The notes under the pieces are model-generated. The model was not told the DNA's origin. It searched no databases and saw nothing but the letters and a program-made list of their open reading frames with translations. A stretch of DNA of 64,000 bases, taken from positions 185,757-249,756 of the forward strand of contig JABBOH010000001.1 in assembly GCA_019351895.1 (NCBI GenBank). Reading direction: 5' to 3'. Origin of the DNA: Pseudomonadota bacterium (lineage in GTDB: Bacteria > Pseudomonadota > Alphaproteobacteria > Acetobacterales > Acetobacteraceae). Shown here piece after piece: positions 48,026 through 58,472 of this stretch (its first letter is position 1; each line of letters starts with the position of its first letter). A program made the position numbers and the translations under genes.

Positions 48026-48214
48026 GCCGCCTGTCTGGTCCGGCGGCCCAATGTGGCGGCTTACAGGCGTTGATCCGCGACAAGGTTGCCTGGGCTCCGG
48101 CCCCGAGCACAGGTTGCGGAAACCAAGTCCGAAGCGTGCAACCTTGCTGTTGTCTTGACCCTCGTGATGCACGAGTTGGCCAGGTTGCGAACAGGAAAGC
48201 GATTCGTCGTAGTA

Positions 48215-48706
48215 ATGAACATCAAACGTATGCGTGGTCGTGGTCATCGCGGGACCGGTTCCAACGGTGGCGGCGGCGGAAACGGCGGAGGCATGCGCCA
48301 CCAGGGTGCCAGTGGCGGCAATGGTGGCGTTCCGCTAAACCGGAACCACGTTTTCGACAGTAACGGCCCGGATCTTCGTATTCGCGGAACGGCGCAGCAG
48401 CTGTTCGAAAAATATCTGCAGCTCGGCCGCGATGCCACGAGTTCTGGCGACCGCGTGATGGGCGAAGGCTACTTCCAACATGCGGAGCATTATTTCCGCA
48501 TTGTCAGCGCCATCAACCAAGCGGCTGCACAGCATCAGCAGCAGCCCGCGCACCAGAACGGCAATCAGCGCCGCGGCGGTGGGGACGATATTCCTTCATC
48601 GGAAGAAAGCGACTTCACGCAGGACCGTGAGCCGGGCGATGAAGGCCGCGCGAATGCTGTCGAAGCCCGCGAGATTCCGATCGCCGTCTCAGCCCCCGAA
48701 GCCTGA
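48215..48706 (+). CDS. DUF4167 domain protein
   Basis: MNIKRMRGR, FDSNGPDLRIRGTAQQLFEKY, YFQHAEHYFRI; usual position after prmC. Confidence 0.88.
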   Translation: MNIKRMRGRGHRGTGSNGGGGGNGGGMRHQGASGGNGGVPLNRNHVFDSNGPDLRIRGTAQQLFEKYLQLGRDATSSGDRVMGEGYFQHAEHYFRIVSAINQAAAQHQQQPAHQNGNQRRGGGDDIPSSEESDFTQDREPGDEGRANAVEAREIPIAVSAPEA

Positions 48707-48720
48707 GGACCGTTCACCCC

Positions 48721-48737
48721 CGCCTAGGGAGCAGGCG
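48721..48737. terminator. Hairpin between convergent DUF4167 and acylphosphatase genes
   Basis: CGCCT-AGGGAGC-AGGCG. Confidence 0.35.
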
Positions 48738-48739
48738 CC

Positions 48740-49015
48740 TCAGACGCTGGGGATCTGCGTGAACCCCGGCTCGTCCGGTGGATCGGCGATTTCCTCGATG
48801 ATCGTATCGACCTGGGCGGAGCGCGGCCCGCGTCGGCAGGCTCTCGCCAATTCCTCGACCGCATCCGCGTTGCCGCTGATCAGCGCTTCCACGGTTCCGT
48901 CCGCCCGATTGCGGACCCAGCCGTCGACCCCAAGCGCGGTCGCTCGCTCCACCATCCAGGGGCGGTAGCCGACGCCTTGAACGCGCCCGGAAATCACGAG
49001 GCGTTTGCTGCTCAT
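48740..49015 (-). CDS. acyP: Acylphosphatase
   Basis: [29 protein letters not shown]. Confidence 0.92.
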   Translation of the reverse strand: MSSKRLVISGRVQGVGYRPWMVERATALGVDGWVRNRADGTVEALISGNADAVEELARACRRGPRSAQVDTIIEEIADPPDEPGFTQIPSV

Positions 49016-49725
49016 GGGTTTCCCCGCGTCAGCTGGACATAGCGGGCAGCCATCCTGACCTCCTCGGCCGCCCGCGCGCGCTGCGTGGCGGCGTCCTGAT
49101 CCTGGCCCCAATGCGCCTCCTGAAAAATTTCGTCCAGGGCCGAGAGACGGAAGGCCTCGTCAGCGTCCAAAGCGCCCTCCACGACCGCCAGGCCGAGCAC
49201 GAGACTGCCCATGATCGGGACCATCACGCCGAGGGCTGCGAGACCGTGAGCGTCATGCGCGGCCACCGCGCGAGAGAGGGCCGCGAGCGCCCAGGGACTC
49301 TGGTCGATGAAGCCGATACCCCGTGTCGAGGCCAGCACCGCGTCGTAGCGCTTGGCCGCCCAATCAAGCCAGGGCTGCCACGCCGCCTGTTGCTGACGGA
49401 CCAGCTCGGCCGGTTCCTCGGCCCGGTAGCAGAGAAGATCGCTCCGCGCATAGGCGGCGATGGCCGTCGCGGTCTCCGCCGGCGCGGGGGCGATGCGGAA
49501 CCCCGCGGTCGCCGCCAGTTGGGTGAGAGGCAGCAGATCCGGCTTGACCTCGGCCCCACGCGCGGGCGTGCCCCATTCGGCCGCGATAGCCTCGGCCAGC
49601 GGGCGCTGCTCGATACGCAGCGTGTCACCGCTGGGCAGCCGCATCGGCTTGCCGTCCAGGGTGATGATGAAACCGTCACCCGCCTCAGTGGCCTCGATGT
49701 CGGCATGCTCCCAGAAGCGCTTCAT
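49012..49725 (-). CDS. ATP12 family F1-ATPase assembly chaperone
   Basis: [38 protein letters not shown]. Confidence 0.88.
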   Translation of the reverse strand: MKRFWEHADIEATEAGDGFIITLDGKPMRLPSGDTLRIEQRPLAEAIAAEWGTPARGAEVKPDLLPLTQLAATAGFRIAPAPAETATAIAAYARSDLLCYRAEEPAELVRQQQAAWQPWLDWAAKRYDAVLASTRGIGFIDQSPWALAALSRAVAAHDAHGLAALGVMVPIMGSLVLGLAVVEGALDADEAFRLSALDEIFQEAHWGQDQDAATQRARAAEEVRMAARYVQLTRGNP

Positions 49726-49735
49726 GGCGCGCCGC

Positions 49736-52429
49736 CTATTGCCCGTGAAGAAGTTGCTGAAGCAGGTTGATGGGCTTCCCCAGCACTCCGGCGTTGCCGC
49801 CGTCCGGCGCCGGACCGGGCTGACCGTTGCGGGCGAGCGCCAGCGCGGCGTTGCAGGCGGGCGCGACGGGCGGGGCCTTGTGCCCGCCGCCGACCAGCGA
49901 CCGGAACAGCCCGTTGAGACCTTCGCCACCCGTGGGGCGCGCGTTGATGACGACGCTGCCGACTTTGCCGAGACGCGGATCGGCGAAGCTGCCGCCGAGC
50001 GTGAGCGGCGCCGAGATCTCGGTGCCCCCGAGATAGAGATCGGGCTGCAGCGCAAGCGCCAGACTTTCCTGCCCGAAGTTCAGCGAACCGCTGCCTTGCA
50101 GCAGCAGCGCGCTCGTATCCAGCACGAGGGCCCGCACGCTGCCGACGCCATTCGCGGAATCGATGCGGAGCGCGAGGCAGTGCAGCGGGATCTTCCCCGC
50201 GGCGTCGAGCAGTTCGGGCGGGATCACCCGCGCTGCGTGCACGGCGGGGCGGATCAGCGCGCCGAGCGAACTGCCGTCGATAGTGCCGTTCACGGCCGCG
50301 AGCCCGACGGCGCCGCTGAGGCTCTCTGCTAGCGCCTGCGTCGTGCCCCCGCTTCCCGTGAGGTTGGCGAAGACCTGCACGAAGCCGGTCGCCGATACCG
50401 GCAGGTGGAGGGCGGCGAGAAGTGGGGCGATGGCGAGGTTCGGCGCCTGCATGGAGAGGTTCGCGTTGGGCGTGGCGCCGCGCGCGTCCAGCTGTCCGGC
50501 TGCGACCAACTCGCCGCCGGGGATGACGACCGAGGACGGCGACAGCGACAGAAGGCCCCGGACCAGAGAGATTTGCGTGACGAGCGCCCGGTAGTCCGCG
50601 CCGCCGAGGCGGAGGCTGGCGAAGGCGAGGCTCACCCGGGCGTCGAAGGACCGCAAGCCCGCTATGGGCAGCGGCAGATCGGGGATCACGCGCCGTTTGG
50701 CCGCGGCCGACTGGGGCGACGCGGCGGCGGGTGGCGGCGGGGCCGGGAGCGCGTTGGGCGTCGTCGCGGGGGCCGGCGCAGATGCGGTTGCAGGCTTGGC
50801 CGCGAGCGCCAGGAGCGCGTCGACATCGAGATGGGCGGATCTCAGTTCGGCGGTGATCGTTGTGCGGCCGGCGTAGTCGACCGCGCCCGCTCCCTCCAGA
50901 TCGCCCTGCGGGGCGGTGAGGTCGAGCGCCGTCAGCCGCAGCCCCTGAGCGAGACCTTGCGGCGCATCCGAGAGCACGCCTGTGCCACTTAGATTGGTCA
51001 CATGAGGCAGCGCCGCGCCCGCCAGGGGCGAGAGCAGGCCGAGATCGGCGATCTGCGCCGCGATCCCGAGATGCAGGCCACGGAGCGTCAGGGGATCGGC
51101 AATCGCCCCTTGCAGATGCAGATTCGAATGGGCCGCGGTTAAGACGAGATCGACGGGAAGGGGCGCGGGCGGCGCCGCCGGTACCGTCGTGTTCGTTGGT
51201 GGCGTTTCCGGGCTTGGTGTTTTCGGGGCCGGTGACGCCAGCAGCGGCGCTAGGGGCCCCACAGAGCCGGAGAGGGTGAAGGCCAGGCCGCTCCGCTCGC
51301 CGAGAATATCGACCGTCGCAGGCTGATCGAGCGCCGGGGTGATCAACGACAGGCTGTCGAGCCGCAGGCCGGGCAGCATCGCCCCTAGGTCGGATTGCTG
51401 CGCCTGAACCGACAGGTTGGTGATGCTCGGCATATCCTCGCCGGGCTGGGCGAGGTTTGCGGCCAGGGTCAGCCCATGGATCGGCGGCAGGCTCACCGGC
51501 AGGGGCGCGAGACCGGTAGGCAGCAGCGGGTTCAACGCTTCGAGCGCCGGAACCGTCGCGTGCAAGGCCAGGGCATAGCCGCTCGCGTCTCGGGGATCGG
51601 TCACCGTGCCGTCGGTGGTGACCGAGGCTCCGACAGCCGCGAGCACCAGATGCACCGGCCAGGGGCTGCGATCCATGGGATCCGTCAGATGGGCGATTGG
51701 GCCCGTGGTCCCGGTGAGCGTCACCGGAACGCCCTGCCAGATGGCGGCGAGCGAGACGGCCATCGGCGATGTGGCGGGCGGCGTGTCGCCGCTGCGTTGC
51801 GCGGCGAGGTCGGCATGGCTGACCGCGAAGGTGACGGCCTTGCCCGTGCCGTCGTTCCGGTAGGTGAACCGCCCGTCGATGATCTCGAGGCTGTCGATGG
51901 CAACCGCCCAGGAGGAGCCGGCGGTTTTGACCGTGACCGGCTGCGCGGGGGCGCCGCCTGTGGGCGTTGCCGGCTGGAACAGCCAGTTCGGGCGTCCATC
52001 CGCGGTCCGCTCCAGCACTACGGATGGGTGGCGCAGGACGAGGTCCCGGATCTCCAGCCGGTGATGGAGCATGGGCAGCAGCGCGATGCGGGTCTCGATC
52101 TCGGCAATCTGCGCCATGTCGGGGGCGGCAGCGCCGGGCACATTGGCGAGGCGCACATCCTTCGCGGTGATCGTCGGCACCCAGGCGAGCTTGACGGCGA
52201 GCGGACCTGCCAGCGTCACCTCGCGCCCAGTCGCCTGCCGCACAGCTGCGACAATCTGCGCCTTGTAGGCATTGGGATCGAAGGTGAGGAAGGCAGCCAC
52301 GGCGGCGGCCACCGGAACCAGAATGACGATCAGCAGGATCGCGAGGAGGATGCGCCGGCCGGTGCGCCTGCGCCGGCGCGGGGATGCCGTGGGCGAGCGG
52401 GGCGGGACGTCGTCTGGGCTATCGATCAT
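49736..52429 (-). CDS. AsmA family protein
   Basis: N-terminal TM, FDPNAYKAQIVAAVRQATGR, LERTADGRPNW, beta-rich repeats, AsmA C-terminal region. Confidence 0.85.
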   Translation of the reverse strand: MIDSPDDVPPRSPTASPRRRRRTGRRILLAILLIVILVPVAAAVAAFLTFDPNAYKAQIVAAVRQATGREVTLAGPLAVKLAWVPTITAKDVRLANVPGAAAPDMAQIAEIETRIALLPMLHHRLEIRDLVLRHPSVVLERTADGRPNWLFQPATPTGGAPAQPVTVKTAGSSWAVAIDSLEIIDGRFTYRNDGTGKAVTFAVSHADLAAQRSGDTPPATSPMAVSLAAIWQGVPVTLTGTTGPIAHLTDPMDRSPWPVHLVLAAVGASVTTDGTVTDPRDASGYALALHATVPALEALNPLLPTGLAPLPVSLPPIHGLTLAANLAQPGEDMPSITNLSVQAQQSDLGAMLPGLRLDSLSLITPALDQPATVDILGERSGLAFTLSGSVGPLAPLLASPAPKTPSPETPPTNTTVPAAPPAPLPVDLVLTAAHSNLHLQGAIADPLTLRGLHLGIAAQIADLGLLSPLAGAALPHVTNLSGTGVLSDAPQGLAQGLRLTALDLTAPQGDLEGAGAVDYAGRTTITAELRSAHLDVDALLALAAKPATASAPAPATTPNALPAPPPPAAASPQSAAAKRRVIPDLPLPIAGLRSFDARVSLAFASLRLGGADYRALVTQISLVRGLLSLSPSSVVIPGGELVAAGQLDARGATPNANLSMQAPNLAIAPLLAALHLPVSATGFVQVFANLTGSGGTTQALAESLSGAVGLAAVNGTIDGSSLGALIRPAVHAARVIPPELLDAAGKIPLHCLALRIDSANGVGSVRALVLDTSALLLQGSGSLNFGQESLALALQPDLYLGGTEISAPLTLGGSFADPRLGKVGSVVINARPTGGEGLNGLFRSLVGGGHKAPPVAPACNAALALARNGQPGPAPDGGNAGVLGKPINLLQQLLHGQ

Positions 52430-52455
52430 GGCCGCCCTTTATCACGCCGAGCGCG

Positions 52456-53325
52456 TCAGTCGCGCCCCTGCGGCGCATCTTCCGCCGATTTCACCGCGAC
52501 CCAATGCGCCTCCATCTCGGCGAGGCTCGCCGCCGCGGGCGTTCGGCCCTCCGCCGCCAGACGCGCCTCGACCCCCTGGAACCGGCGGGTGAACTTGGCG
52601 TTGGCGGCGCGCAGCGTGGCCTCGCCGTCGAGGTCGAGCTTGCGGCAGAGATTGGCCATGACGAAGAGCAGGTCGCCCATCTCGTCGGCCAGCCGCTCCG
52701 GCGTCGCCTCGGCAAGCTCGGCCTTCAGCTCGGCCACCTCCTCGTCGAGTTTCGCGAAGAGGTCGTCGAGGCCGGGCCAATCGAAGCCGACTCGGGCGGC
52801 GCGTGCCGAGAGCTTCTGGGCCCGGGTCAGCGCCGTAAGCGTGACGGCAACCCCGTCGAGGGCGCTGGTTTTCGCCGCGCCCTTGGCGGCGCGTTCCTCG
52901 GCCTTCTGAGCTTCCCATGCGACGGTCTGCGCCCGCGCATCCCGCTGCCCGGCATCGGCGAAGATATGCGGATGACGGCGGATGAGCTTGTTCGAAATGC
53001 TCTCGGCCACGTCGGCGAAGGTGAAGCGCCCGGCCTCCTCGGCCATGCGGCTGTGGAAGACGACCTGCAGCAGCAGGTCGCCGAGTTCGTCCCGGAGGCC
53101 CGCCATGTCGCCGGTCTCGATCGCCTCGGCGACCTCATAGGCTTCTTCGATCGCATAGGGCGCGATGGACGCGTGGGTCTGCTCCACGTCCCAGGCGCAG
53201 CCGCCGATGGGGTCCCGCAGCGTCGCCATGATGTCGAGCAGCGCGCGCAGCGCGTCATTGGCCCGCGCGTCATTGGCCCGCGCGTCATTGGCCTGTGCGG
53301 GATGATCGCTCGGATGGCCGTTCAT
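52456..53325 (-). CDS. mazG: Nucleoside triphosphate pyrophosphohydrolase MazG
   Basis: [54 protein letters not shown]. Confidence 0.94.
   Translation of the reverse strand: MNGHPSDHPAQANDARANDARANDALRALLDIMATLRDPIGGCAWDVEQTHASIAPYAIEEAYEVAEAIETGDMAGLRDELGDLLLQVVFHSRMAEEAGRFTFADVAESISNKLIRRHPHIFADAGQRDARAQTVAWEAQKAEERAAKGAAKTSALDGVAVTLTALTRAQKLSARAARVGFDWPGLDDLFAKLDEEVAELKAELAEATPERLADEMGDLLFVMANLCRKLDLDGEATLRAANAKFTRRFQGVEARLAAEGRTPAAASLAEMEAHWVAVKSAEDAPQGRD
53250..53293. repeat. 15-bp tandem repeat x3 in mazG 5' end
   Basis: GCGCGTCATTGGCCC three times (last copy ends T); encodes [14 protein letters not shown]. Confidence 0.9.
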
Positions 53326-54155
53326 GCGGTGAACTGTTCCGTCAGAATACGCTCGGAAAGCCCGTGATCCGGGTCGAACAGGACGGTGACCGAGATGCTG
53401 CGCTCCTCGATGACGGCGACGGAGACGACGCGCCGCACCTCGAAGGAATCCGCGACCGCCGCCACCGGGCGCTTTTCCACGTCCAGCACCTCGAACAGCA
53501 CATCGGCCGAACTCGGCAGCAGCGCGCCGTGCCAACGCCGTGGGCGGAAGGCGCTGATGGGCGTCAGGGGCAGGAGATTAGCCGAGAGCGGCACGATCGG
53601 ACCATGCGCCGACAGGTTGTAGGCGGTCGACCCGGCCGGGGTCGAGATCAGGATGCCGTCGCAGATCAGCTCCGGCAGGCGCACGCGGCCATCGACCGAG
53701 ATGCGGATCTTCGCGGTCTGGCGCAGCTGGCGGAGCAAGCTGACCTCGTTCAGCGCCAGCGCCTCCTCGACCGCGCCGGTCTGCGTCACCGTGTGCATGC
53801 GCAGCGGATGCAGAACGGCGCCCTGGGCGAGCGCCAGCTGTTCGGGCAGCGCCTCCTCGATGAAGCCGTTCATGAGGAAACCGACGGAGCCGCAATTCAT
53901 GCCATAGACCGGGATGGCCCGGCCGAGGACGCTGTGCATCGTCTCCAGCATGAAGCCGTCGCCGCCCAGAGCCACGACGACCTGCGCTTCCTGGAGCGGA
54001 ACATTGCCGTAGCGGGTGACGAGCCGCTGCAGGCCTTCCTCGGCTTGCGGCGCGGTGGACGCGACGAAAGCGATGCGGGTGAGGGCGGTGCCGCCCAGAA
54101 CCTGGTCCAGCGCGAGCGGCGCGCCGGACCGGTTGAGCGCCTGGCTCAGGCTCAC
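53322..54155 (-). CDS. nadK: NAD kinase
   Basis: [47 protein letters not shown]; GTG start. Confidence 0.92.
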   Translation of the reverse strand: MSLSQALNRSGAPLALDQVLGGTALTRIAFVASTAPQAEEGLQRLVTRYGNVPLQEAQVVVALGGDGFMLETMHSVLGRAIPVYGMNCGSVGFLMNGFIEEALPEQLALAQGAVLHPLRMHTVTQTGAVEEALALNEVSLLRQLRQTAKIRISVDGRVRLPELICDGILISTPAGSTAYNLSAHGPIVPLSANLLPLTPISAFRPRRWHGALLPSSADVLFEVLDVEKRPVAAVADSFEVRRVVSVAVIEERSISVTVLFDPDHGLSERILTEQFTA

Positions 54156-54988
54156 GCAAGCTTCCGATGTTCGAGAACCGGCATGTCCCGCCGCACGCGT
54201 TGGGTGAGCGCGCGGTCGACCCGCGCCGTGGCCCAGCCCGTGCCGTCGGAGGCGCGCGCGAGGATGAGGCCCCAGGGATCGCAGATCAGGGAATGGCCGT
54301 AGGTCATACGCGGGTCGTTGTTGCCGTCGAAGTGCCGGCCGTAGCAGGCAGGCGCCACGACCCAGCACTGGCTTTCGATGGCGCGCGCGCGGAGCAGAAC
54401 CTCCCAATGATCCTTGCCCGTCTGCAGCGTGAAGGCGGCCGGCAGGAAGATCACCTCGGCGCCGGCGCGGCGCAGTTGCAGGAACAACTCGGGGAAGCGG
54501 ATGTCGTAGCAGATGGCGAGGCCGAAGGTGATGTCGTGGGCGGTCCAGGTCACGACCTCCTCGCCCGGCTTGAAGAGCGCGCTCTCGCGATAGCCTTGGC
54601 CGTCGGGCGTCACGATGTCGAACAGGTGGATCTTGCGGTAGCGGGCAAGCTCCTGCCCGTCCGGGCCGAAGACCAGCGTGGTGTTGTAGAGGCGGTCGCC
54701 CGCCCGCTCGCCGATCGAGCCGCCATGAACGTGGATCGCGTTCGCGCGCGCGACCTCGCGCAGGAACTCGTAGGCATCCCCGCCGGGCCGGTCCGCGCCG
54801 GGCGGCGGCAGTTCCTCGGCCTCGCGGAACTTGGTGTCGCGGTCGCCGCCGAGGCAGGACCACATTTCCGGCAGGGCGACGATCCTGGGGCGCCCATCGG
54901 CCAGGGCTCCCTGGATCAGGTCGCGCGCCTGGGCGATGTTCTGCCTCTTGTCCGCACTCGGATTCATCTGGATCGCGCTGATACGCAT
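54152..54988 (-). CDS. Carbon-nitrogen hydrolase (Nit1/YbeM-like)
   Basis: Catalytic triad motifs [23 protein letters not shown]; [24 protein letters not shown]. Confidence 0.9.
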   Translation of the reverse strand: MRISAIQMNPSADKRQNIAQARDLIQGALADGRPRIVALPEMWSCLGGDRDTKFREAEELPPPGADRPGGDAYEFLREVARANAIHVHGGSIGERAGDRLYNTTLVFGPDGQELARYRKIHLFDIVTPDGQGYRESALFKPGEEVVTWTAHDITFGLAICYDIRFPELFLQLRRAGAEVIFLPAAFTLQTGKDHWEVLLRARAIESQCWVVAPACYGRHFDGNNDPRMTYGHSLICDPWGLILARASDGTGWATARVDRALTQRVRRDMPVLEHRKLA

Positions 54989-55025
54989 GAGCTGCTTCCT
55001 GGCTCCCTTCTCTCGGTCTGGCTGG

Positions 55026-55517
55026 TCAGTCGAAGCGCGGCTCGGCGCGCGACGGACGCGGGTCCTCACGGTCGGCACGGCCCGGCCGCACGACGCGCGC
55101 CTGGCGGGGGGCGGAGCGGTCATCGTAGCCGCCCCGTTCGTTGTAGCCGCGGGCATCGTAGCCCCGGCTGTCATGGCTACGGTCGTCATAGCTGTATGGG
55201 TCGGGCGCGGGGGGAACCGGCGGCCGTGTGATCGGAGACGCCGCCGCCATGCGCGGGGGCGGCAGCGGATTAGTGTCGTAGGCGTCCTCGTCGGGGCGAT
55301 AAGCGGGACGCCCGGGCTCGCCGAGGCGGAGCGACAGAGTGCGGATCTCGCCCTGCAGTTCATCGAGGCGGGCTTCGATCACGTCGAGCCTGCCTTTGAC
55401 GCCGATGACGCTGAACGGCATGAGCAGAAACAGCAGCGCGTAGAGGATCGCCGGAACCAGGACGAGGATCGGTACCCACCACGGCAACCAGGGCGGCAGA
55501 GCGAATGGCATCGACAT
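55026..55517 (-). CDS. Hypothetical membrane protein (TM, coiled coil, Pro/Tyr/Asp/Arg-rich tail)
   Basis: RBS AAGGA upstream, hydrophobic N-terminus, heptad RLDVIEARLDELQGEIRTL, C-terminal RAEPRFD. Confidence 0.7.
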   Translation of the reverse strand: MSMPFALPPWLPWWVPILVLVPAILYALLFLLMPFSVIGVKGRLDVIEARLDELQGEIRTLSLRLGEPGRPAYRPDEDAYDTNPLPPPRMAAASPITRPPVPPAPDPYSYDDRSHDSRGYDARGYNERGGYDDRSAPRQARVVRPGRADREDPRPSRAEPRFD

Positions 55518-55626
55518 ACGAGTTCCTTACCAGCAAATGCGCGTGACTGCGATGGCGGCCTTGGGGTGGATTTGCGGATCATGGCATGCCAAGCCATCGT
55601 CTAAATGAGTTAAGAGAGCCTGCGCG

Positions 55627-56754
55627 ATGCTGCTGCTGATACCGGGTCCCGTGATGACCCATCCCGATGTCCGTGCCGCCGCCAACCGGGACATCGCCCC
55701 CTGGGACCACGATGTTCGTGCCGAGGTTGGCGATCTTCTCGCCCGTCTGCGCAGCCTCGCGGGCGGAGCGGACGGTGTCCACGCGGCGCTGCCGCTGCCG
55801 GGCTCCGGCCATTTCATGGTCGAGGCGGCGATCCGGACCTTTGTGTCCCCCTCCAGCGAGGTCGGCGGCATCCTGATCCCCGCCACCGGCCAATATGCGG
55901 ACCGCATGGTGCGGCTCGCGCGCGACGCGGGGCGACGCGTCACGGTGATGCCCGCCTCGCTGACCCGTCCGCTCGATGCGGCGGCGGTCAAGGCGGCACT
56001 CTCCGCCGACCCATCCATCAGCCATCTCGGCCTCGTCTACAGCGAGACCAGCACGGGGGTGATCCATGACCCCGAGGCGATCGGCGCCGTCGTGCGCAGC
56101 CTCGGCCGGCGCATGATCCTCGACGCCGTTTCCGCCTTCGGCGCGCTGCCGATCACCATGACGGACCATCCCGAGATCGACGCGCTGATCTTCACACCCA
56201 ACAAGTGCCTGGAGGCGCTCCCCGGCTTCAGCGTGGCGGTCTGCCCGGTCGAGCGGGCGGAGGCGCGCGCCGGCAGCGCCGGAAGCTGGTCGTTCGACCT
56301 CGGGGACATCTATGTCAACGGGCTCGCCAACGGTCCCGGTGCCGGGCGTTTCACGCCGCCGATCCAGGCGATGGCCGCCCTCGGCGCGGCGCTCGACCGG
56401 CTCGATGCCGAGGGTGGGCCTGCCGCCCGCCTCCAGCGCTACCGCGACAACATGGCGGCACTGTATGACGGCCTCGAAGCCCTCGGTCTGCGGCCTTTCC
56501 TGCCGCGCGCCATCCAGGGACCGATCATCCTGAACGTCCATGCGCCCGCGCATCCCGATTGGGACCTCCGCCGTTTCGTCGAGGCGCTGAAGCGCCACGG
56601 GGTTCTCATCAGCAACTTCCGCAACACCGAGGAGCCGAGCATGCGCATCGGGGCGATTGGGGCCATCGCGCGGCCGGACATCCTGCGCGCGGTTGCCGCC
56701 ATCGGCGAAACGCTGGACGAGCTTGGGCTGCGCCCCAAGGCGCACGCGGCCTGA
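55627..56754 (+). CDS. phnW: Class V PLP aminotransferase, 2-aminoethylphosphonate--pyruvate transaminase (PhnW)-like
   Basis: [35 protein letters not shown] (PLP Lys), RFTPP, RIGAIG. Confidence 0.7.
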   Translation: MLLLIPGPVMTHPDVRAAANRDIAPWDHDVRAEVGDLLARLRSLAGGADGVHAALPLPGSGHFMVEAAIRTFVSPSSEVGGILIPATGQYADRMVRLARDAGRRVTVMPASLTRPLDAAAVKAALSADPSISHLGLVYSETSTGVIHDPEAIGAVVRSLGRRMILDAVSAFGALPITMTDHPEIDALIFTPNKCLEALPGFSVAVCPVERAEARAGSAGSWSFDLGDIYVNGLANGPGAGRFTPPIQAMAALGAALDRLDAEGGPAARLQRYRDNMAALYDGLEALGLRPFLPRAIQGPIILNVHAPAHPDWDLRRFVEALKRHGVLISNFRNTEEPSMRIGAIGAIARPDILRAVAAIGETLDELGLRPKAHAA

Positions 56755-56756
56755 CG

Positions 56757-58427
56757 ATGAAACATGACGAGGCGATCGCCCGCGCGGCGCAGCTGAAGCC
56801 CATCGCCGAGATCGCGGCCAAGGCCGGCATCCCGGCCGAGGCGCTGGAACCCTATGGCCGGTTCAAGGCCAAGATCAGCCCCGAGTTTCTGGCCGAGCGG
56901 GCCGGCAGGCGGCTGGGAAAGCTCGTGCTCGTCACCGGCATCAGCCCGACGCCTGCGGGCGAGGGCAAGACGACGACGACCATTGGCTTGGGCGACGCGC
57001 TCAATCGCCTCGGCACCAGGACCATGATCTGCCTGCGGGAGCCGAGCCTCGGTCCCTGTTTCGGGGTGAAGGGCGGTGCCACCGGAGGCGGGCGGGCGCA
57101 GGTCGCACCCATGGACCAGATCAACCTGCATTTCACCGGCGATTTCCACGCGATCACCTCGGCCCATAACCTGCTCGCCGCGATGCTGGACAACCACCTG
57201 TTCTGGGACAATCCGCTCGGCATCGACCCCAGGCGTATTCGCTGGCGCCGGGTGCTCGACATGAACGACCGGGCGCTCCGCTCCATCGTCGATGGCCTCG
57301 GCGGCGTCTCCAACGGCGCGCCGCGGGAAGACGGCTTCGACATCACCGTCGCCTCGGAGGTCATGGCGATCTTCTGCCTCGCGCGCGACCTCGACGATCT
57401 GCGCGAGCGGCTGGGCCGCATCGTCGTCGCCGAGCGCCGCGACGGCAGCATGGTGACGGCGCGCGATCTGAAAGCCGATGGCGCGATGGCGGCGCTGCTG
57501 CGTGACGCGCTTGCACCCAACCTCGTGCAGACGCTCGAAGGCTCGCCGGCGCTCGTGCATGGCGGCCCTTTCGCCAACATCGCCCATGGCTGCAACTCGG
57601 TGATCGCGACCGAGCTGGGCCTCAGCCTCGCCGATGTCGTGGTGACGGAGGCGGGCTTCGGGGCCGATCTCGGCGGCGAGAAGTTCCTCGACATCAAGTG
57701 CCGGCAGGCGGGCCTCGCCCCAGCCTGCAGCGTGGTCGTCGCCACCATCCGGGCGCTCAAGATGCATGGTGGCGTGGCCCGGAACGCGCTCGGGACGCCC
57801 GATGTCGCCGCGGTCCGCCGAGGTGCGGCCAATCTGCTGCGCCATATCGACAACATGGGGAAATTCGGTCTGCCGGTGGTGGTGGCGCTGAACCACTTCA
57901 CCGGCGACGCGGCGGACGAGCAGGCGGCGCTCGGCGAACTGCTGGCGCCGCTCGGCGTGCCGCTCGTGTCCTGCACGCACTGGGCCGACGGCGCGGCCGG
58001 CACGATGGCTCTGGCCGAGACGGTCAACGGCCTCATCGCCGCGGGCAATGCCCGCTTCGCGCCGATCTATCCGGACGCGATGCCGCTCGCCGACAAGATC
58101 ACGACGGTCGCGCGCGAGATCTACGGCGCGGACGGGATCGATCTCGCCCCCGCCGCCGCCAAACGCCTGGCCGCGATCGAGGCTGCGGGTTTCGGCCATC
58201 TGCCGGTCTGCATCGCCAAGACGCAGTACAGCTTCAGCGCCGATCCCGCCTTGCTCGGCGCGCCATCAGGGCACCGGTTGCCGGTGCGCGAGGTGCGTCT
58301 GGCAGCGGGCGCCGGATTCGTCGTGGTGCTGGCCGGCACCATCATGACGATGCCGGGCCTGCCGCGCGTGCCTGCCGCCGAGACGATCGGACTGGACGAA
58401 AGCGGGCAAATCATCGGACTATTCTAA
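56757..58427 (+). CDS. fhs: Formate--tetrahydrofolate ligase
   Basis: [59 protein letters not shown]. Confidence 0.96.
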   Translation: MKHDEAIARAAQLKPIAEIAAKAGIPAEALEPYGRFKAKISPEFLAERAGRRLGKLVLVTGISPTPAGEGKTTTTIGLGDALNRLGTRTMICLREPSLGPCFGVKGGATGGGRAQVAPMDQINLHFTGDFHAITSAHNLLAAMLDNHLFWDNPLGIDPRRIRWRRVLDMNDRALRSIVDGLGGVSNGAPREDGFDITVASEVMAIFCLARDLDDLRERLGRIVVAERRDGSMVTARDLKADGAMAALLRDALAPNLVQTLEGSPALVHGGPFANIAHGCNSVIATELGLSLADVVVTEAGFGADLGGEKFLDIKCRQAGLAPACSVVVATIRALKMHGGVARNALGTPDVAAVRRGAANLLRHIDNMGKFGLPVVVALNHFTGDAADEQAALGELLAPLGVPLVSCTHWADGAAGTMALAETVNGLIAAGNARFAPIYPDAMPLADKITTVAREIYGADGIDLAPAAAKRLAAIEAAGFGHLPVCIAKTQYSFSADPALLGAPSGHRLPVREVRLAAGAGFVVVLAGTIMTMPGLPRVPAAETIGLDESGQIIGLF

Positions 58428-58472
58428 CCGAAGGCCCGCTACCGAAGGGCCATGACAGGGGAGGCGTGCCGA

